IMG/VR virus record: IMGVR_UViG_3300002092_000043
Coordinates: 1-64,000 of that record
Direction: 5' to 3' (one strand)
DNA: 64,000 bases
Source of the DNA: an uncultured virus (IMG/VR IMGVR_UViG_3300002092_000043)
Taxonomy: Duplodnaviria; Heunggongvirae; Uroviricota; Caudoviricetes
Both the position numbers and the translations under genes were made by a program. Below the pieces are notes generated by a model that saw only the letters and a program-made list of their open reading frames with translations, was not told the DNA's origin and did not search any database. Each line of letters starts with the position of its first letter. The first letter of the stretch is position 1. Positions 36,588 to 46,235 of the stretch are shown one piece after another.

Positions 36588-36855
36588 GAGGAATCCGCAA
36601 CTGTAACCCTGGCTCTAAACTAAAGGGATTTAATACTTCTGGATTAATATCCATAATTTGCCACCAAAGATGGGGATTACCCAAAGTGTTAGTGGCAATA
36701 CCTTCAATTTTGTCGTTTTCAGTTACTTCATACCAATAAAACCCAACGCTATATGTTGGGAATTGGCGGAACACCGATAGCATGTAGTCACCAGATTTTG
36801 GTTCTTGCGCTACAAAAAGAGTTCCATCCGCATAACGGCTGTCTAAATAAATCAT
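36580..36855 (-). CDS. LysM/gpX-like baseplate protein
   Basis: D..E.IA...LG.P.LWW.I.D.NP..L.PG..LRIP. Confidence 0.85.
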   Translation of the reverse strand: MIYLDSRYADGTLFVAQEPKSGDYMLSVFRQFPTYSVGFYWYEVTENDKIEGIATNTLGNPHLWWQIMDINPEVLNPFSLEPGLQLRIPRE

Positions 36856-38078
36856 TTTTTCTTAGGGTCCTTTGGTGTGTCTCCATCCCAGTAACGGTTA
36901 CAGGTGAACGTCACAACTGAAAGTAGTGGTACCATTTTTTCAGAAAATATTTTGTGTACAACTTCTAAGCCACTTACACGAACACGGTAACGCATTTTAT
37001 TTCCTAAGTGAAGTTCAACTGGACGAACAGGAAGCCAACCTGGGTCGTTAGTTTTTCCCATCAATGTGGTGTTAAAGTTAGTGTAGAAAGCATAACCATG
37101 CATTGTTCTAAACAAATACTCTAAATCGTACATAGTTCCTTTTTGCACAATTGTTTTTAAATCATCAGTTTCAATTTTCCAAGGGTATGGGTTTGCAATG
37201 TTGTTTTTAAATGTTCCGTCATTGTTTATCAACGCTATATCTTGAATACGATTAAGTATAATATCAAAAGAAATTGTACCTGTGAATAAATTGGCTGACA
37301 TAGGTACTGCGGGGTCAAGACCAGCAGCCTCGTACACTGGATTTGCACCCATCATTCCAGCCCAAGTCATATTGATAGTTGTTGGGTTATATTGAAACCT
37401 AAACCCATACATTCTATCGTCAAATGTTTTTGGATTTGGTGAAGTTTTTCTGGCGTTTGCCTTTAACTCAACTGTGTTAGTTTTTCGGTCCATTTGAATG
37501 GTTCCTTTACCACCAGCATTTTCTTTGCTTGTCCAAAACTTTAAAGCATCTCCAACGGAAGATGAGCCAGCAGGCAACATCTTAGGTAGTTCACCTTTAT
37601 TTAAGAAATAAGAACTATTAACTAAAGGAGCGTTAAAGTACCAAGGACCTTTACCGGCGTGTGGTTGCGTAGTTGAGTCAGCACCACTACCACTAGAATT
37701 GTTATCTTTTACTTTTTTGTTTTCAAACGCTGTTTGTGTTTCTAAAACCATAGCAAGTATTAGAGAAATTTGCTTTAAGTTATCATTTTGCTTTGCTTTA
37801 GTGTTAGAAATTTCAAGTTTTAAAGAAGAAATTAGAGCCGTGTTGTTTGCTTGTTTAGCATCGTTTAACTTTGCGTATAAACCATAACCAGGGGTGTTTA
37901 ATGCTGCGTCTAAACTAGCATTAGCCTCTCGTAATTTTGCTTCTTGGTTTGTGTATTTCTTTTTTGCATTATCCAACGCTTTTTTTGCAGCCAAATACTT
38001 TTCTTGACCACCATATTGTGCGTATAGTTGTGCGTTAGGGCCTAAAAATAACGTGCCGTTGTATTTATGACCTGGCAT
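36852..38078 (-). CDS. Tail tube initiator-like protein
   Basis: FRFQYNPT.I; position after the tape measure. Confidence 0.6.
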   Translation of the reverse strand: MPGHKYNGTLFLGPNAQLYAQYGGQEKYLAAKKALDNAKKKYTNQEAKLREANASLDAALNTPGYGLYAKLNDAKQANNTALISSLKLEISNTKAKQNDNLKQISLILAMVLETQTAFENKKVKDNNSSGSGADSTTQPHAGKGPWYFNAPLVNSSYFLNKGELPKMLPAGSSSVGDALKFWTSKENAGGKGTIQMDRKTNTVELKANARKTSPNPKTFDDRMYGFRFQYNPTTINMTWAGMMGANPVYEAAGLDPAVPMSANLFTGTISFDIILNRIQDIALINNDGTFKNNIANPYPWKIETDDLKTIVQKGTMYDLEYLFRTMHGYAFYTNFNTTLMGKTNDPGWLPVRPVELHLGNKMRYRVRVSGLEVVHKIFSEKMVPLLSVVTFTCNRYWDGDTPKDPKKK

Positions 38079-40582
38079 TATTTGCCTCCCATAACAGAGA
38101 TTTCATTTTTATCGTGCAAGAAAGACTCAACTTTTTTAGCCCAAATCAATGCTTGAGCGTCAGAAACGTCATGCAGATACACGTTAAAGTTTACAACTTT
38201 AGAGTCCCCAGTTCTGGCAGTAACTCCAGATGCTGATGTTGGAGAACTCATTCCAGCAGCAGGATTTGCATCTGGAATTCCAGGAGCCCCAGGTGTTCCT
38301 CCACCCTTAATGTGAGTTCCCCAAGAAGAACTGTTAATATCAGAGACAACTTGGTTTAACGGAGCGCCAGCCTTTAAGTCATTAAGAATTGTTGTATACC
38401 CACGACCTGAAGCATCTTTTCCTGTAAGAGTGTTGTATGTTGCGTCAACACCTTGCTGTAATGAGTTGTAGGTCTTAACTCCTACGGAGTTAAATATTCC
38501 TGCTCCTGGCATATCAAGAGTGGTATTAAGTGGGTTAAAGGAGTTGTTCTTAGTTCCACCCTCCCAATGCATCCACGTAGTAAGTGCAGTAATGCTGCTA
38601 TCAGTTGCTGCAATACCCGCTTTAGCAAGAAGTGCTTTAGCAAACTCTTGGTCACCAGCAGTTCCAGCGTTAGGGTTTACTGCTCCAGAACCACCAGCAC
38701 CTACAACTCCCTTTAGCATGTCTGAAGCATTGACAACTCCACCTAGTGGATTTCCACCAGAAAGACTCATGCTTTGACTGACGTTACCGCCAGCGCCGCC
38801 AACAGGTAGCCCTGCACCTTTAAGTTCTGATGGGTCTACTGGGTTGTTGTTTCCGTGCCACACTTCGTAGTGAAGATGTGGTCCAGTAGCGTTTCCAGAT
38901 TTACCAGACTTACCAATTTCTTGCCCTTGGATAATGCGAGTTCCAGGGCTAACTTCTTTGTTACTTAAGTGAGCATAAATTGAAGAGTAACCACCATCGT
39001 GGTCAATGACTACTGCTTGACCATAGTCCGCACTAAGGGTTGTTCCAGAAACAACTCCGTCTTTAACAGCGATAACTGGAGTTCCAGAGTCAACATTGAA
39101 GTCAGTTCCTTGGTGAACTCCACCAGTACTGTCCCAACTTCCACCCTGTGCTTCACGGGCTCCATAACCTGCACTGATAAGTCCGCTTGCATACTTACCT
39201 GAGTTTAAATTGCGACCACCAAAAGAAGAACCGTAACCTGGCCTTCCTCCTCCACCAAATGCTAGTGCTGCACCTCCAGCAACCAATGTGCTACCTACAA
39301 GGGCTCCTCCACCAGTGGCTATCAATCCAGAGCCTACTGTCATTCCTAGGAAACCAAGAGCCTTTTTACCAATTTTAAGTAAAGATGTTCCACCCTTTTT
39401 AAGGGCAGCCCCCTGTGGGTTTCCACTCAAACCATCTAAATAACCTTTTAACAATCCCATAGACGCAATAACGTCTTTCATAGAGTTGTTAAATGTCTCA
39501 ATAGTTCCCGCTGCTGCACCAAGTCCAGAGATGGTGTTCTTTTCTGCAGCACCTTGAATCATTGTAGAAGACGTATTCATACGGAACAATGGGTCAAAAG
39601 GATTTTGGTTACCCTGAGCAGATTTTGCAGATGCAAGGTCTGGGTTTTTTCCAGAAGCAATATCTACAAACGCTTGGCTAATCATTTGCTGTTGGTCACC
39701 AGTCATTCCTAACCCAGCAAGGTTAAGTCCCGCATAACCACTTCTAATAGATGCTTGAACACTCTTTGCAGTGGCACCATTAGGAAACATTGTTTTGTAC
39801 AACTGTTGTGCAATGCTACCAACGCTTTGTGCAGTTCCATTTGCGTTCATAGTTGTAATACCATATTGGTACAAGTTGGCAGACATTGGCCCACCTTGAA
39901 GCCCTGCAATAGCAGACGCAGCATTTTGGTTTTGCATTCCAAGGTATGTTGCCGCACCTTTAACTTGGCGTGCAGCGGCTAAGTAATCAACACCACCCGG
40001 TGCGTATCCAGCATTGGTAAGGATGTTTGCAACTGCAGCATCAGAACCAACTCCAGTCATACCACCTTTAAGTGCACTGAAAGTTGCTCGCTCTAGCCCA
40101 GCACGTCCCATTCCAGGAGAACGTAGTGCGGCTTGGTAATACCCGCCAGCACGATTAACAACTCCAGAAGCATCTGGAGCCATGTCGTACATAGTTGTTG
40201 CAATAGTTTTAACTGCAGAACCTGCCATAGATACAAGACCAGAACGTCCCAATTTTCCGTACTCTTCAGCAACGCTAAAACTTGCGCCACCACCATTAGG
40301 GGTTTTGCCGCCAGTTCCTGTTCCAGAACCTCCTTGACCGCCACCATCCATGGATGTGACAGCAGGATTTGGATTTATATTTCCAAAAGATGCTTGTAAA
40401 CGGTTGCCGCCTGCCGAACCGTTTCCACGCTGACCACCGTTGCTAAGAGAACCTTTTACGGTAGAGAAAATAGTGACTGCATCTTTTCCTGCCAATGAAA
40501 CGGCAGTATGCATCTTATTAATTTGGTCAGTGAGTTTGGCGATGTCAGCGGTTAAGGCTTTTACATCTGCGGCGTAACCCAT
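38078..40582 (-). CDS. Tape measure protein with M23 peptidase and C-terminal lysozyme-like domain
   Basis: HQGTD..YAHL..TGPHLHYE (M23); W..EGG..NPLN..VK.Y...G..AT. Confidence 0.88.
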   Translation of the reverse strand: MGYAADVKALTADIAKLTDQINKMHTAVSLAGKDAVTIFSTVKGSLSNGGQRGNGSAGGNRLQASFGNINPNPAVTSMDGGGQGGSGTGTGGKTPNGGGASFSVAEEYGKLGRSGLVSMAGSAVKTIATTMYDMAPDASGVVNRAGGYYQAALRSPGMGRAGLERATFSALKGGMTGVGSDAAVANILTNAGYAPGGVDYLAAARQVKGAATYLGMQNQNAASAIAGLQGGPMSANLYQYGITTMNANGTAQSVGSIAQQLYKTMFPNGATAKSVQASIRSGYAGLNLAGLGMTGDQQQMISQAFVDIASGKNPDLASAKSAQGNQNPFDPLFRMNTSSTMIQGAAEKNTISGLGAAAGTIETFNNSMKDVIASMGLLKGYLDGLSGNPQGAALKKGGTSLLKIGKKALGFLGMTVGSGLIATGGGALVGSTLVAGGAALAFGGGGRPGYGSSFGGRNLNSGKYASGLISAGYGAREAQGGSWDSTGGVHQGTDFNVDSGTPVIAVKDGVVSGTTLSADYGQAVVIDHDGGYSSIYAHLSNKEVSPGTRIIQGQEIGKSGKSGNATGPHLHYEVWHGNNNPVDPSELKGAGLPVGGAGGNVSQSMSLSGGNPLGGVVNASDMLKGVVGAGGSGAVNPNAGTAGDQEFAKALLAKAGIAATDSSITALTTWMHWEGGTKNNSFNPLNTTLDMPGAGIFNSVGVKTYNSLQQGVDATYNTLTGKDASGRGYTTILNDLKAGAPLNQVVSDINSSSWGTHIKGGGTPGAPGIPDANPAAGMSSPTSASGVTARTGDSKVVNFNVYLHDVSDAQALIWAKKVESFLHDKNEISVMGGK

Positions 40583-40592
40583 GTCATCTCCT

Positions 40593-40709
40593 TTAACTCT
40601 TTAACTGGCTTATTTTTAACCAGTTATCTCTTTCTCTTGGTGACAAATCTTTCACCTCTGTCAATGTCCAACCTACATATAGTTCGGTTAGTCGCTTCCA
40701 CTCAGCCAT
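40593..40709 (-). CDS. Tail chaperone second ORF (probable frameshift extension)
   Basis: MAEWKRLTELYVGWTLTEVKDLSPRERDNWLK; in the +1 frame, open back through the upstream stop. Confidence 0.65.
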   Translation of the reverse strand: MAEWKRLTELYVGWTLTEVKDLSPRERDNWLKISQLKS

Positions 40710-40731
40710 TAACTGAGCGTAAGGAATTCTG

Positions 40732-41544
40732 CTAGAAACGAAACAAGGCACCTAAACTAATAGGAACCTGTACCTCGCCTTCGCAGTCTGGGCACTCAAG
40801 TGTGAGGTCCTCAAATTGAGGTCCACATGCTCGCTTGTTGATTTCATCAACAATCTTGCGACGGTCTGTAAGCCCTAGGTTTTGTACTTGAATTTTGCTC
40901 GCTACTGGTGTGTCACCAATGCGAGTAACAGTTTGTTCTAAAAGAAGTGTGTTTAGTTCGGCAATTGTCTTGTCTGCACTTAGCATTAATTCTTTTTGAG
41001 TAATTCCTGTTGGCAACTCCACTGTATATTCAGTTTTTTTACCTTCAACAATAAAACGTCGTCCATTAATTGGGTCTGCTAAGACCTTTACCTTAATGTC
41101 TTTGTCTAGTTCTACATCTACATCTTTTGACTCTGCACAACTTCCGCAGTAACCGCTTAGATGTGCAATGTTTCCAAATGTTGCTCTAAAGATTCCAAGA
41201 AGAAGCATGTCTCGGTCTCCAGAAAGAAGGTTATCTAACATTGACTCAGTCACATGTTCGTTACCAATTCTTACTGTTCCACGTTTTAGAATTGTCAAAA
41301 GCGCTTTACCTAAAGTGCTTGCTCTTGAAATTTCCTCTTCGTCACGACCGTTAAGTTCACGTACTTCTGCTTCAGTAGTAACCTCCCCAGCGGATGTAAT
41401 GTATCCGCCAGGAAGGGTTACTAATGTTTCCGAAGGAGATGTAATGCGAACTTCTACTTCTTGTGGCTTTTCAGCCAGTACTTCTTGAATCGCCTTGTTT
41501 GCCAATGCGGGGTTAGCCGCTGCACTGATTGTTTTCGTTGTCAT
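40732..41544 (-). CDS. Tail assembly chaperone/gp26-like hub protein
   Basis: VTLPGG, RELNG.DEE, GDR..LL..I, CxxC twice; between tube and tape measure. Confidence 0.75.
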   Translation of the reverse strand: MTTKTISAAANPALANKAIQEVLAEKPQEVEVRITSPSETLVTLPGGYITSAGEVTTEAEVRELNGRDEEEISRASTLGKALLTILKRGTVRIGNEHVTESMLDNLLSGDRDMLLLGIFRATFGNIAHLSGYCGSCAESKDVDVELDKDIKVKVLADPINGRRFIVEGKKTEYTVELPTGITQKELMLSADKTIAELNTLLLEQTVTRIGDTPVASKIQVQNLGLTDRRKIVDEINKRACGPQFEDLTLECPDCEGEVQVPISLGALFRF

Positions 41545-41557
41545 TTTATTCCTTTAG

Positions 41558-42205
41558 TTAGACGGCTGCTGTTGTTGTTCCGGCATCAAATACTGCAGCA
41601 TTTGTAAATGTTCCATCCTTAAATGAACCCCAGTTAAGGTCAAAACCTTCATGTACTAGAGTCATTTGTTCAACGTAGAGAGCGTTATCTCCAGCGTTAA
41701 GGTCAGAGTATGCCACGGTTGTAGGCCATGCGTTGTATACCTTAAAGCGCATTGCGACTTCGTCTGTTGCTGCTGTAGCAACACCGGTTCCGCTTGTAAC
41801 GTTAGCGCCTGCTGATGGAACTGGGTGATTAAGAACAGCGATTTCAATGTCGCAACGGAAGTTCTTTCCTGTTGCAAGTGTTGAACCGCCAGCCTGAACA
41901 GTTGCGAACAACTGCTTCATCCAATCCCAGTTTTGACGGCTTCCAAGAATTACGCCACGTTGAAGGGTCAACGGAGTAAAGGAAGTTTGTCCTGGAATCT
42001 GGTGAACAGTGGTGTTGTATCCACCTTCACGGTATGGGATTGAGTCTGTTGTTACAGCCAATCCTGAGACTGAGGTAAAGCCCATTGGGATTGTTACAGT
42101 CCCAAGGTTAGTGTTACCTGTGTCTTGTGGTTGGAAAGTTACCAAGAACCGAAAGTTACGGACTGGGTCAGTTGCCAACGTTGAGCGGCTATTTACGATT
42201 GCCAT
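41558..42205 (-). CDS. Tail tube protein (gp19-like)
   Basis: DP.RNFRF, GF..VSGL, YREGG, LTL.RG, NAWP, L.HEG. Confidence 0.92.
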   Translation of the reverse strand: MAIVNSRSTLATDPVRNFRFLVTFQPQDTGNTNLGTVTIPMGFTSVSGLAVTTDSIPYREGGYNTTVHQIPGQTSFTPLTLQRGVILGSRQNWDWMKQLFATVQAGGSTLATGKNFRCDIEIAVLNHPVPSAGANVTSGTGVATAATDEVAMRFKVYNAWPTTVAYSDLNAGDNALYVEQMTLVHEGFDLNWGSFKDGTFTNAAVFDAGTTTAAV

Positions 42206-42225
42206 TGTTTATTTTCTCCTTCGGC

Positions 42226-43734
42226 CTAGTTAATTGTCTTTTGACTTAAGTCAATGACAATGAACTCTGATGGGTATTGAAGAGCAACACCAACTTGGAT
42301 ATGTACTTCTCCGTTGGCGATTGAGGTTGCTGTGTTGTTTTCTCCATCACACTTGATGAAGAAAGCCTGAGCATTAGTTGCTCCACGAAGACCGCCTTGG
42401 TTCTTGTACTCAGAGAGAAACACAGTGAGTGCGCTACGGACACGTGACCATAGTGCTTCATCATTGTTCTCAAAGATAGCAAACTCTGTGTTGTTCTTGA
42501 GTTGCTTGCGGATGTAGATGAGGGAACGGCGCATATTGACGTACTTGTTTGCTGTTCCATCTTGAAGAAGTGTACGAGCACCCATGACAGAAAGTCCTGC
42601 ACCAGGAATCTGGCGAAGTGGGTTAACTGGTGATGTGCTTGAGTTCATTGAATCTAGTTCAGTAGAAGTAAACGACTTTTCTACAGAAACAACACCCTTA
42701 ACAGTTGCTGTGATACCCGCAGGAGCCTTGAATACACCACGGCTTGCATCGGTTGTCATGTAGAGACCAGCAATTGCGCCAGATGGACCAATCTTGCGAA
42801 GAGCACCTGTACCACGTCCTACTGGGTCTGAAATGTAGAAGTGTGGGTAGTATACAGCGCCAAAACTTGTATCATTAAGGCTTCCTGCTGCTGTGATAGC
42901 GTTTGCAACAGTAAGATTTTCTGCAGTTTCAATAACTACAAAACCATTGTTATCTTCAGCCCAAGATGTAGCAGCGTTGATTACACCTGTTTCACCTGTA
43001 GACAATGCCTCCCAGATACCTGGAAGAAACACAACAAGTGGACGGTCCAAGGCTGAGAAGTTTTCAAACACTGAAACTCCACTGTTACCTTTGTAACTGG
43101 TGTAGTCAGCAGCAACTGGAGTTGTTCCATTAGAACCAGATGTGAGTGGGTAAGTTGCCGCTACTGCTGTACCAGAAGCACTTGCGCTGATAATAATCGT
43201 TGATGAAACAGTGTTGATAACAGTTTCAGCAAAATCACTAGAGGTAGCGTCATCAAAAACAACGTTTTCGTAACGTTCCAGCAAAATGTCGTCTGTGATG
43301 TCGTTTACTACGCCTGATTCTTTGTACACAGTAAGGGTATATGTATCTGATACAGAACCTGCAGAAACTACAACACGAAGGTTGTTTCCATCAGTTCCTG
43401 CGTTCTTTGCAGTAACTGTAGCAACAGTTGCATCTGCTGATGTAACAATGTTGACATGTGCTTTTGCTGCATCTGTGTGAAGAAGGCGCTGTACATACAG
43501 TTCCTTACCACCATTTGCGAAATAAGAGCCAACTTGAAAGGTGGCTGGGTAGGCGGCGTTGTAACCACCAAAATACTTGGTAAATTCATACCAAGAGTTA
43601 ACAAGCGTTACTGCTTCTGGGCCTTGTGCAAAAGGTGCAACAACGGCGCCAGCAGCATTTGCTGTGACTCCACCTGCGAGAACAGGTGGGAGAAGGCGTT
43701 CACTGATATAAACACCTGGACGGCTATATGCCAT
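42226..43734 (-). CDS. Contractile tail sheath protein
   Basis: RPGVY, YF.NGG, GVFKAPAG, GART, YVNMRR, FENND..LW, P.EFI. Confidence 0.95.
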   Translation of the reverse strand: MAYSRPGVYISERLLPPVLAGGVTANAAGAVVAPFAQGPEAVTLVNSWYEFTKYFGGYNAAYPATFQVGSYFANGGKELYVQRLLHTDAAKAHVNIVTSADATVATVTAKNAGTDGNNLRVVVSAGSVSDTYTLTVYKESGVVNDITDDILLERYENVVFDDATSSDFAETVINTVSSTIIISASASGTAVAATYPLTSGSNGTTPVAADYTSYKGNSGVSVFENFSALDRPLVVFLPGIWEALSTGETGVINAATSWAEDNNGFVVIETAENLTVANAITAAGSLNDTSFGAVYYPHFYISDPVGRGTGALRKIGPSGAIAGLYMTTDASRGVFKAPAGITATVKGVVSVEKSFTSTELDSMNSSTSPVNPLRQIPGAGLSVMGARTLLQDGTANKYVNMRRSLIYIRKQLKNNTEFAIFENNDEALWSRVRSALTVFLSEYKNQGGLRGATNAQAFFIKCDGENNTATSIANGEVHIQVGVALQYPSEFIVIDLSQKTIN

Positions 43735-43765
43735 TTTTTCTCCTAACTAGTTGGGTAAGGGTTCC

Positions 43766-44467
43766 TTATGGTTGCGATATGTTGTACGAGATTGGTGTCC
43801 ATGTGCTTCTGCCAATTACTTGGCTGCCAGCATCATCAGGACCCGTGACGTTAATTTGTAGCGCTTTGTATACTTGGTTGTATGTTGCTTCCGTAATCTC
43901 GGATGAGACACGGACTGTGAGAGCGTTTACAAATAAACGCTTTCCTTGTTCTGTTACATCTCTTTTTGAAATGTCCAGAAGGTCTAGACGACGAACAGTG
44001 CCGTCATCTGGCTCCAATATCGCAAAGCGCATTGGAATTTTAGTTGTCAAAATCTGCCCCAAGATTTGACGGTCATGTCGTGGTTCACGGGCATAGGTGG
44101 TTACTTGGTAGTCAATGTTTACTGGAATAGGCCAGTGCATCATCCAGTCATTGGTTTCTGAATCGTATGAAACTCCTTGAACTGCTTGTACGCTTTGTGT
44201 GCCCTGTACTGGTTGAACCATGTAGGTAGGGTCGTTTAAGTAGTTAGGCTTAACCATTCCACGCATTGCACGGCTTGTATCTTCAGCAATGTCAATCATA
44301 TCAATGACAATGTATGGATAGGACTGACTTACAACTTCTTGGCTAGGTTGACCAAAATAAACTTTGACATTACGAGGAGAGCCGTTTGCAACGGCTTTCT
44401 GGTCAGTAACAGTCATTCCCAAAAGAAGGTTACGGAGAGCCTCATCTTCAGATACTAGAAATGTCAT
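43766..44467 (-). CDS. Tail terminator/sheath cap protein
   Basis: YP.I.ID..DI..D; P.NIDYQV; immediately upstream of sheath. Confidence 0.65.
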   Translation of the reverse strand: MTFLVSEDEALRNLLLGMTVTDQKAVANGSPRNVKVYFGQPSQEVVSQSYPYIVIDMIDIAEDTSRAMRGMVKPNYLNDPTYMVQPVQGTQSVQAVQGVSYDSETNDWMMHWPIPVNIDYQVTTYAREPRHDRQILGQILTTKIPMRFAILEPDDGTVRRLDLLDISKRDVTEQGKRLFVNALTVRVSSEITEATYNQVYKALQINVTGPDDAGSQVIGRSTWTPISYNISQP

Positions 44468-44772
44468 AACTCACCCACTATCTTGTGAAGTGTTCCGATA
44501 AAGAACTGTTCTGCTTCTTTAGTGCGGTTGGAAGAACGACGAATGGCAGCGGTTGGGCGGCTCTTTTCTGTCCCGTACTCAAGGTCTTGTGCCTCACTGA
44601 GGTGGCGGTCATGGACATGAACTTCAAACTTGTTGTTGTCATAAATGACGCCCATGTTGCCAGTAATGTGGCGAGGCCATCCACTTGCTTTCGCTTCTTT
44701 ACGAAGTTGACCAGTCATGTAACGGCTGGTGTGTTTTGCTGCTTGCTCTACTGCGCTATGGATATGCTTCAT
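44464..44772 (-). CDS. Neck/tail completion protein (HK97 gp10-like)
   Basis: LEYGT...P motif; start re-called at MKHIH. Confidence 0.6.
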   Translation of the reverse strand: MKHIHSAVEQAAKHTSRYMTGQLRKEAKASGWPRHITGNMGVIYDNNKFEVHVHDRHLSEAQDLEYGTEKSRPTAAIRRSSNRTKEAEQFFIGTLHKIVGEL

Positions 44773-44873
44773 GATGACACCACAATTGTAGGTAGCATGA
44801 AATAAACCCCTTTTAAAGCGCAAGTAGTGGGAACTACACAGACCCGCAGTGGGTTACTGATACTGCTTATAAT

Positions 44874-44901
44874 AGAAGAAAGGCCCCTACTTGAGGGGCC
44901 T
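44874..44901 (-). terminator. Rho-independent terminator
   Basis: aggcccct-caagt-aggggcct-ttcttct. Confidence 0.85.
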
Positions 44902-44906
44902 AACTC

Positions 44907-45086
44907 TTACTTCTTTTTCTTACCTTTAATCTTATCGCCTAAATCTTCATCCATCTTTTTGTCTTTAGCCTTAGATGGCTTTTTCTTATCCATCTTCTTA
45001 TCTTCTTTTTTGAACTTCTTCTTTTGCTCTGGGGTCATACCTTTCATGACTTTTGAGTCTTGTTCTTTATCGGTCATCTTTGCCAT
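44907..45086 (-). CDS. 59-aa Lys/Asp-rich protein (not in ORF track)
   Basis: MAKMTDKEQDSKVMKG..KIKGKKKK; TAATG-coupled. Confidence 0.7.
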   Translation of the reverse strand: MAKMTDKEQDSKVMKGMTPEQKKKFKKEDKKMDKKKPSKAKDKKMDEDLGDKIKGKKKK

Positions 45087-45193
45087 TACTTAGTCTTCTT
45101 TCCTGTACGAGCAGCCTTGCAGGTATTGCAAGAACATTTGCAGCCTTTCATAGCCTTATCTTTGCTGCACTTGCAGCCACATGATTTACAGAT
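45086..45193 (-). CDS. Metallothionein-like Cys-rich peptide with ATC in place of ATG
   Basis: (I/M)CKSCGCKCSKDKAMKGCKCSCNTCKAARTGKKTK; 8 Cys; stop overlaps the next ATG. Confidence 0.55.
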   Translation of the reverse strand: MCKSCGCKCSKDKAMKGCKCSCNTCKAARTGKKTK

Positions 45194-45653
45194 GATTAAT
45201 ACCTACCTTTACTGAGTTAAGTTCTAAATATTCTACAGCCTTTTTTAAAGTTTCAAGGCTATCTTTAGCATGTCCTATCATTAAGTTGCAGTCACGACAT
45301 AGTAGGCCTCTAACACAAAACCCACAAGAATTTGCTGTAGGACAACAAGCATGGTTATGGTCTATAGAAGTGATAAATCTCTCGGACCCTTCTTCCGTAG
45401 GGTTAGGGATGCTTTTAGTACAGATAGCGCACCCACCACCTTGAGTCTCATACATTGTATTTAAACTTTCAACAGAAAGACCGTATCGTTTTAGGATATG
45501 ACTGGCATACCTTTTAACTTGGTTGTACGGTTGAAATTGCCAATTTTTGCTGTATGTTTTATCGTATTCTTTTTTGCAAGGTTTGCAGTAATGATTACCT
45601 TTATGAAAGTTTTCTGTTGATTGCTCAACTTTACACTTGCTGCAAATCTTCAT
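45186..45653 (-). CDS. Endonuclease VII-family free-standing endonuclease
   Basis: CSKC..CKPC; QGGGCAIC..IDHNH..VRGLLCxxCN..IG. Confidence 0.9.
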   Translation of the reverse strand: MKICSKCKVEQSTENFHKGNHYCKPCKKEYDKTYSKNWQFQPYNQVKRYASHILKRYGLSVESLNTMYETQGGGCAICTKSIPNPTEEGSERFITSIDHNHACCPTANSCGFCVRGLLCRDCNLMIGHAKDSLETLKKAVEYLELNSVKVGINHL

Positions 45654-45845
45654 TTACTTACCTGTCGTCCGATGATATTTCTGGACTGCTTTTACGCCTT
45701 GCTTGACTGTCTTAGCCCCAGCCTTTTTGGTGAGGTTAATCTTGTCGTACTTACCTTTGTTACCAGCATGGTCAACAATGATGTCGCCCTTTTTGTTTTT
45801 CTTTACTGTGTGCTTTTCACCGTCTGCTTTAAATGTCTTAGGCAT
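45654..45845 (-). CDS. Small basic protein
   Basis: 63 aa, Lys-rich, ends TTGK*. Confidence 0.7.
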   Translation of the reverse strand: MPKTFKADGEKHTVKKNKKGDIIVDHAGNKGKYDKINLTKKAGAKTVKQGVKAVQKYHRTTGK

Positions 45846-46038
45846 TTTTCTTAACCTTTACTGTCTTTGGCTTATTAGCAGCAGCGTGCTTCTCTTGAAG
45901 TTTAGCAAGTTCTACTTCATGCTTCTTCTTGAGAGCCTCAACCTCTAATTTCTGAGATACTGGTGCTGTGTTAGCCATATTCTTTAGTCCTCCTCCATTG
46001 GGGTATGTCAATGGCGCTGGTTCAATTTTTGTTTGCAT
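45838..46038 (-). CDS. Small basic protein
   Basis: 66 aa (alternative ATG after GGAGGA). Confidence 0.6.
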   Translation of the reverse strand: MQTKIEPAPLTYPNGGGLKNMANTAPVSQKLEVEALKKKHEVELAKLQEKHAAANKPKTVKVKKNA

Positions 46039-46235
46039 TACTTCTTTTTGACCTTCTTTGCAGCGTCTTTTTTGCGCTGTTCACTGAGTGCAATAGCGGT
46101 GGCTTGTTTTTTACTTGTAACTACGGGACCAGTCTTTGAACCAGAGTGCAGTTTTCCAGACTTATATTCCTTAATTACCTTTTCAACTTTGCCGTGACCT
46201 TTTACAGGTGCTTTACTCTTCGCTATCTTCTTCAT
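46038..46235 (-). CDS. Small basic protein (DUF6496-like)
   Basis: KVEKVIKEYKSGKLHSGSK.GP.V.S.KQA.AIALSE. Confidence 0.7.
   Translation of the reverse strand: MKKIAKSKAPVKGHGKVEKVIKEYKSGKLHSGSKTGPVVTSKKQATAIALSEQRKKDAAKKVKKK

Noticed and set aside
30169..44467. Extracellular contractile injection system/tailocin
   Set aside because: The sheath, tube and baseplate genes are contiguous with a full replication module, a tape measure and head-neck genes, so this is a phage tail.
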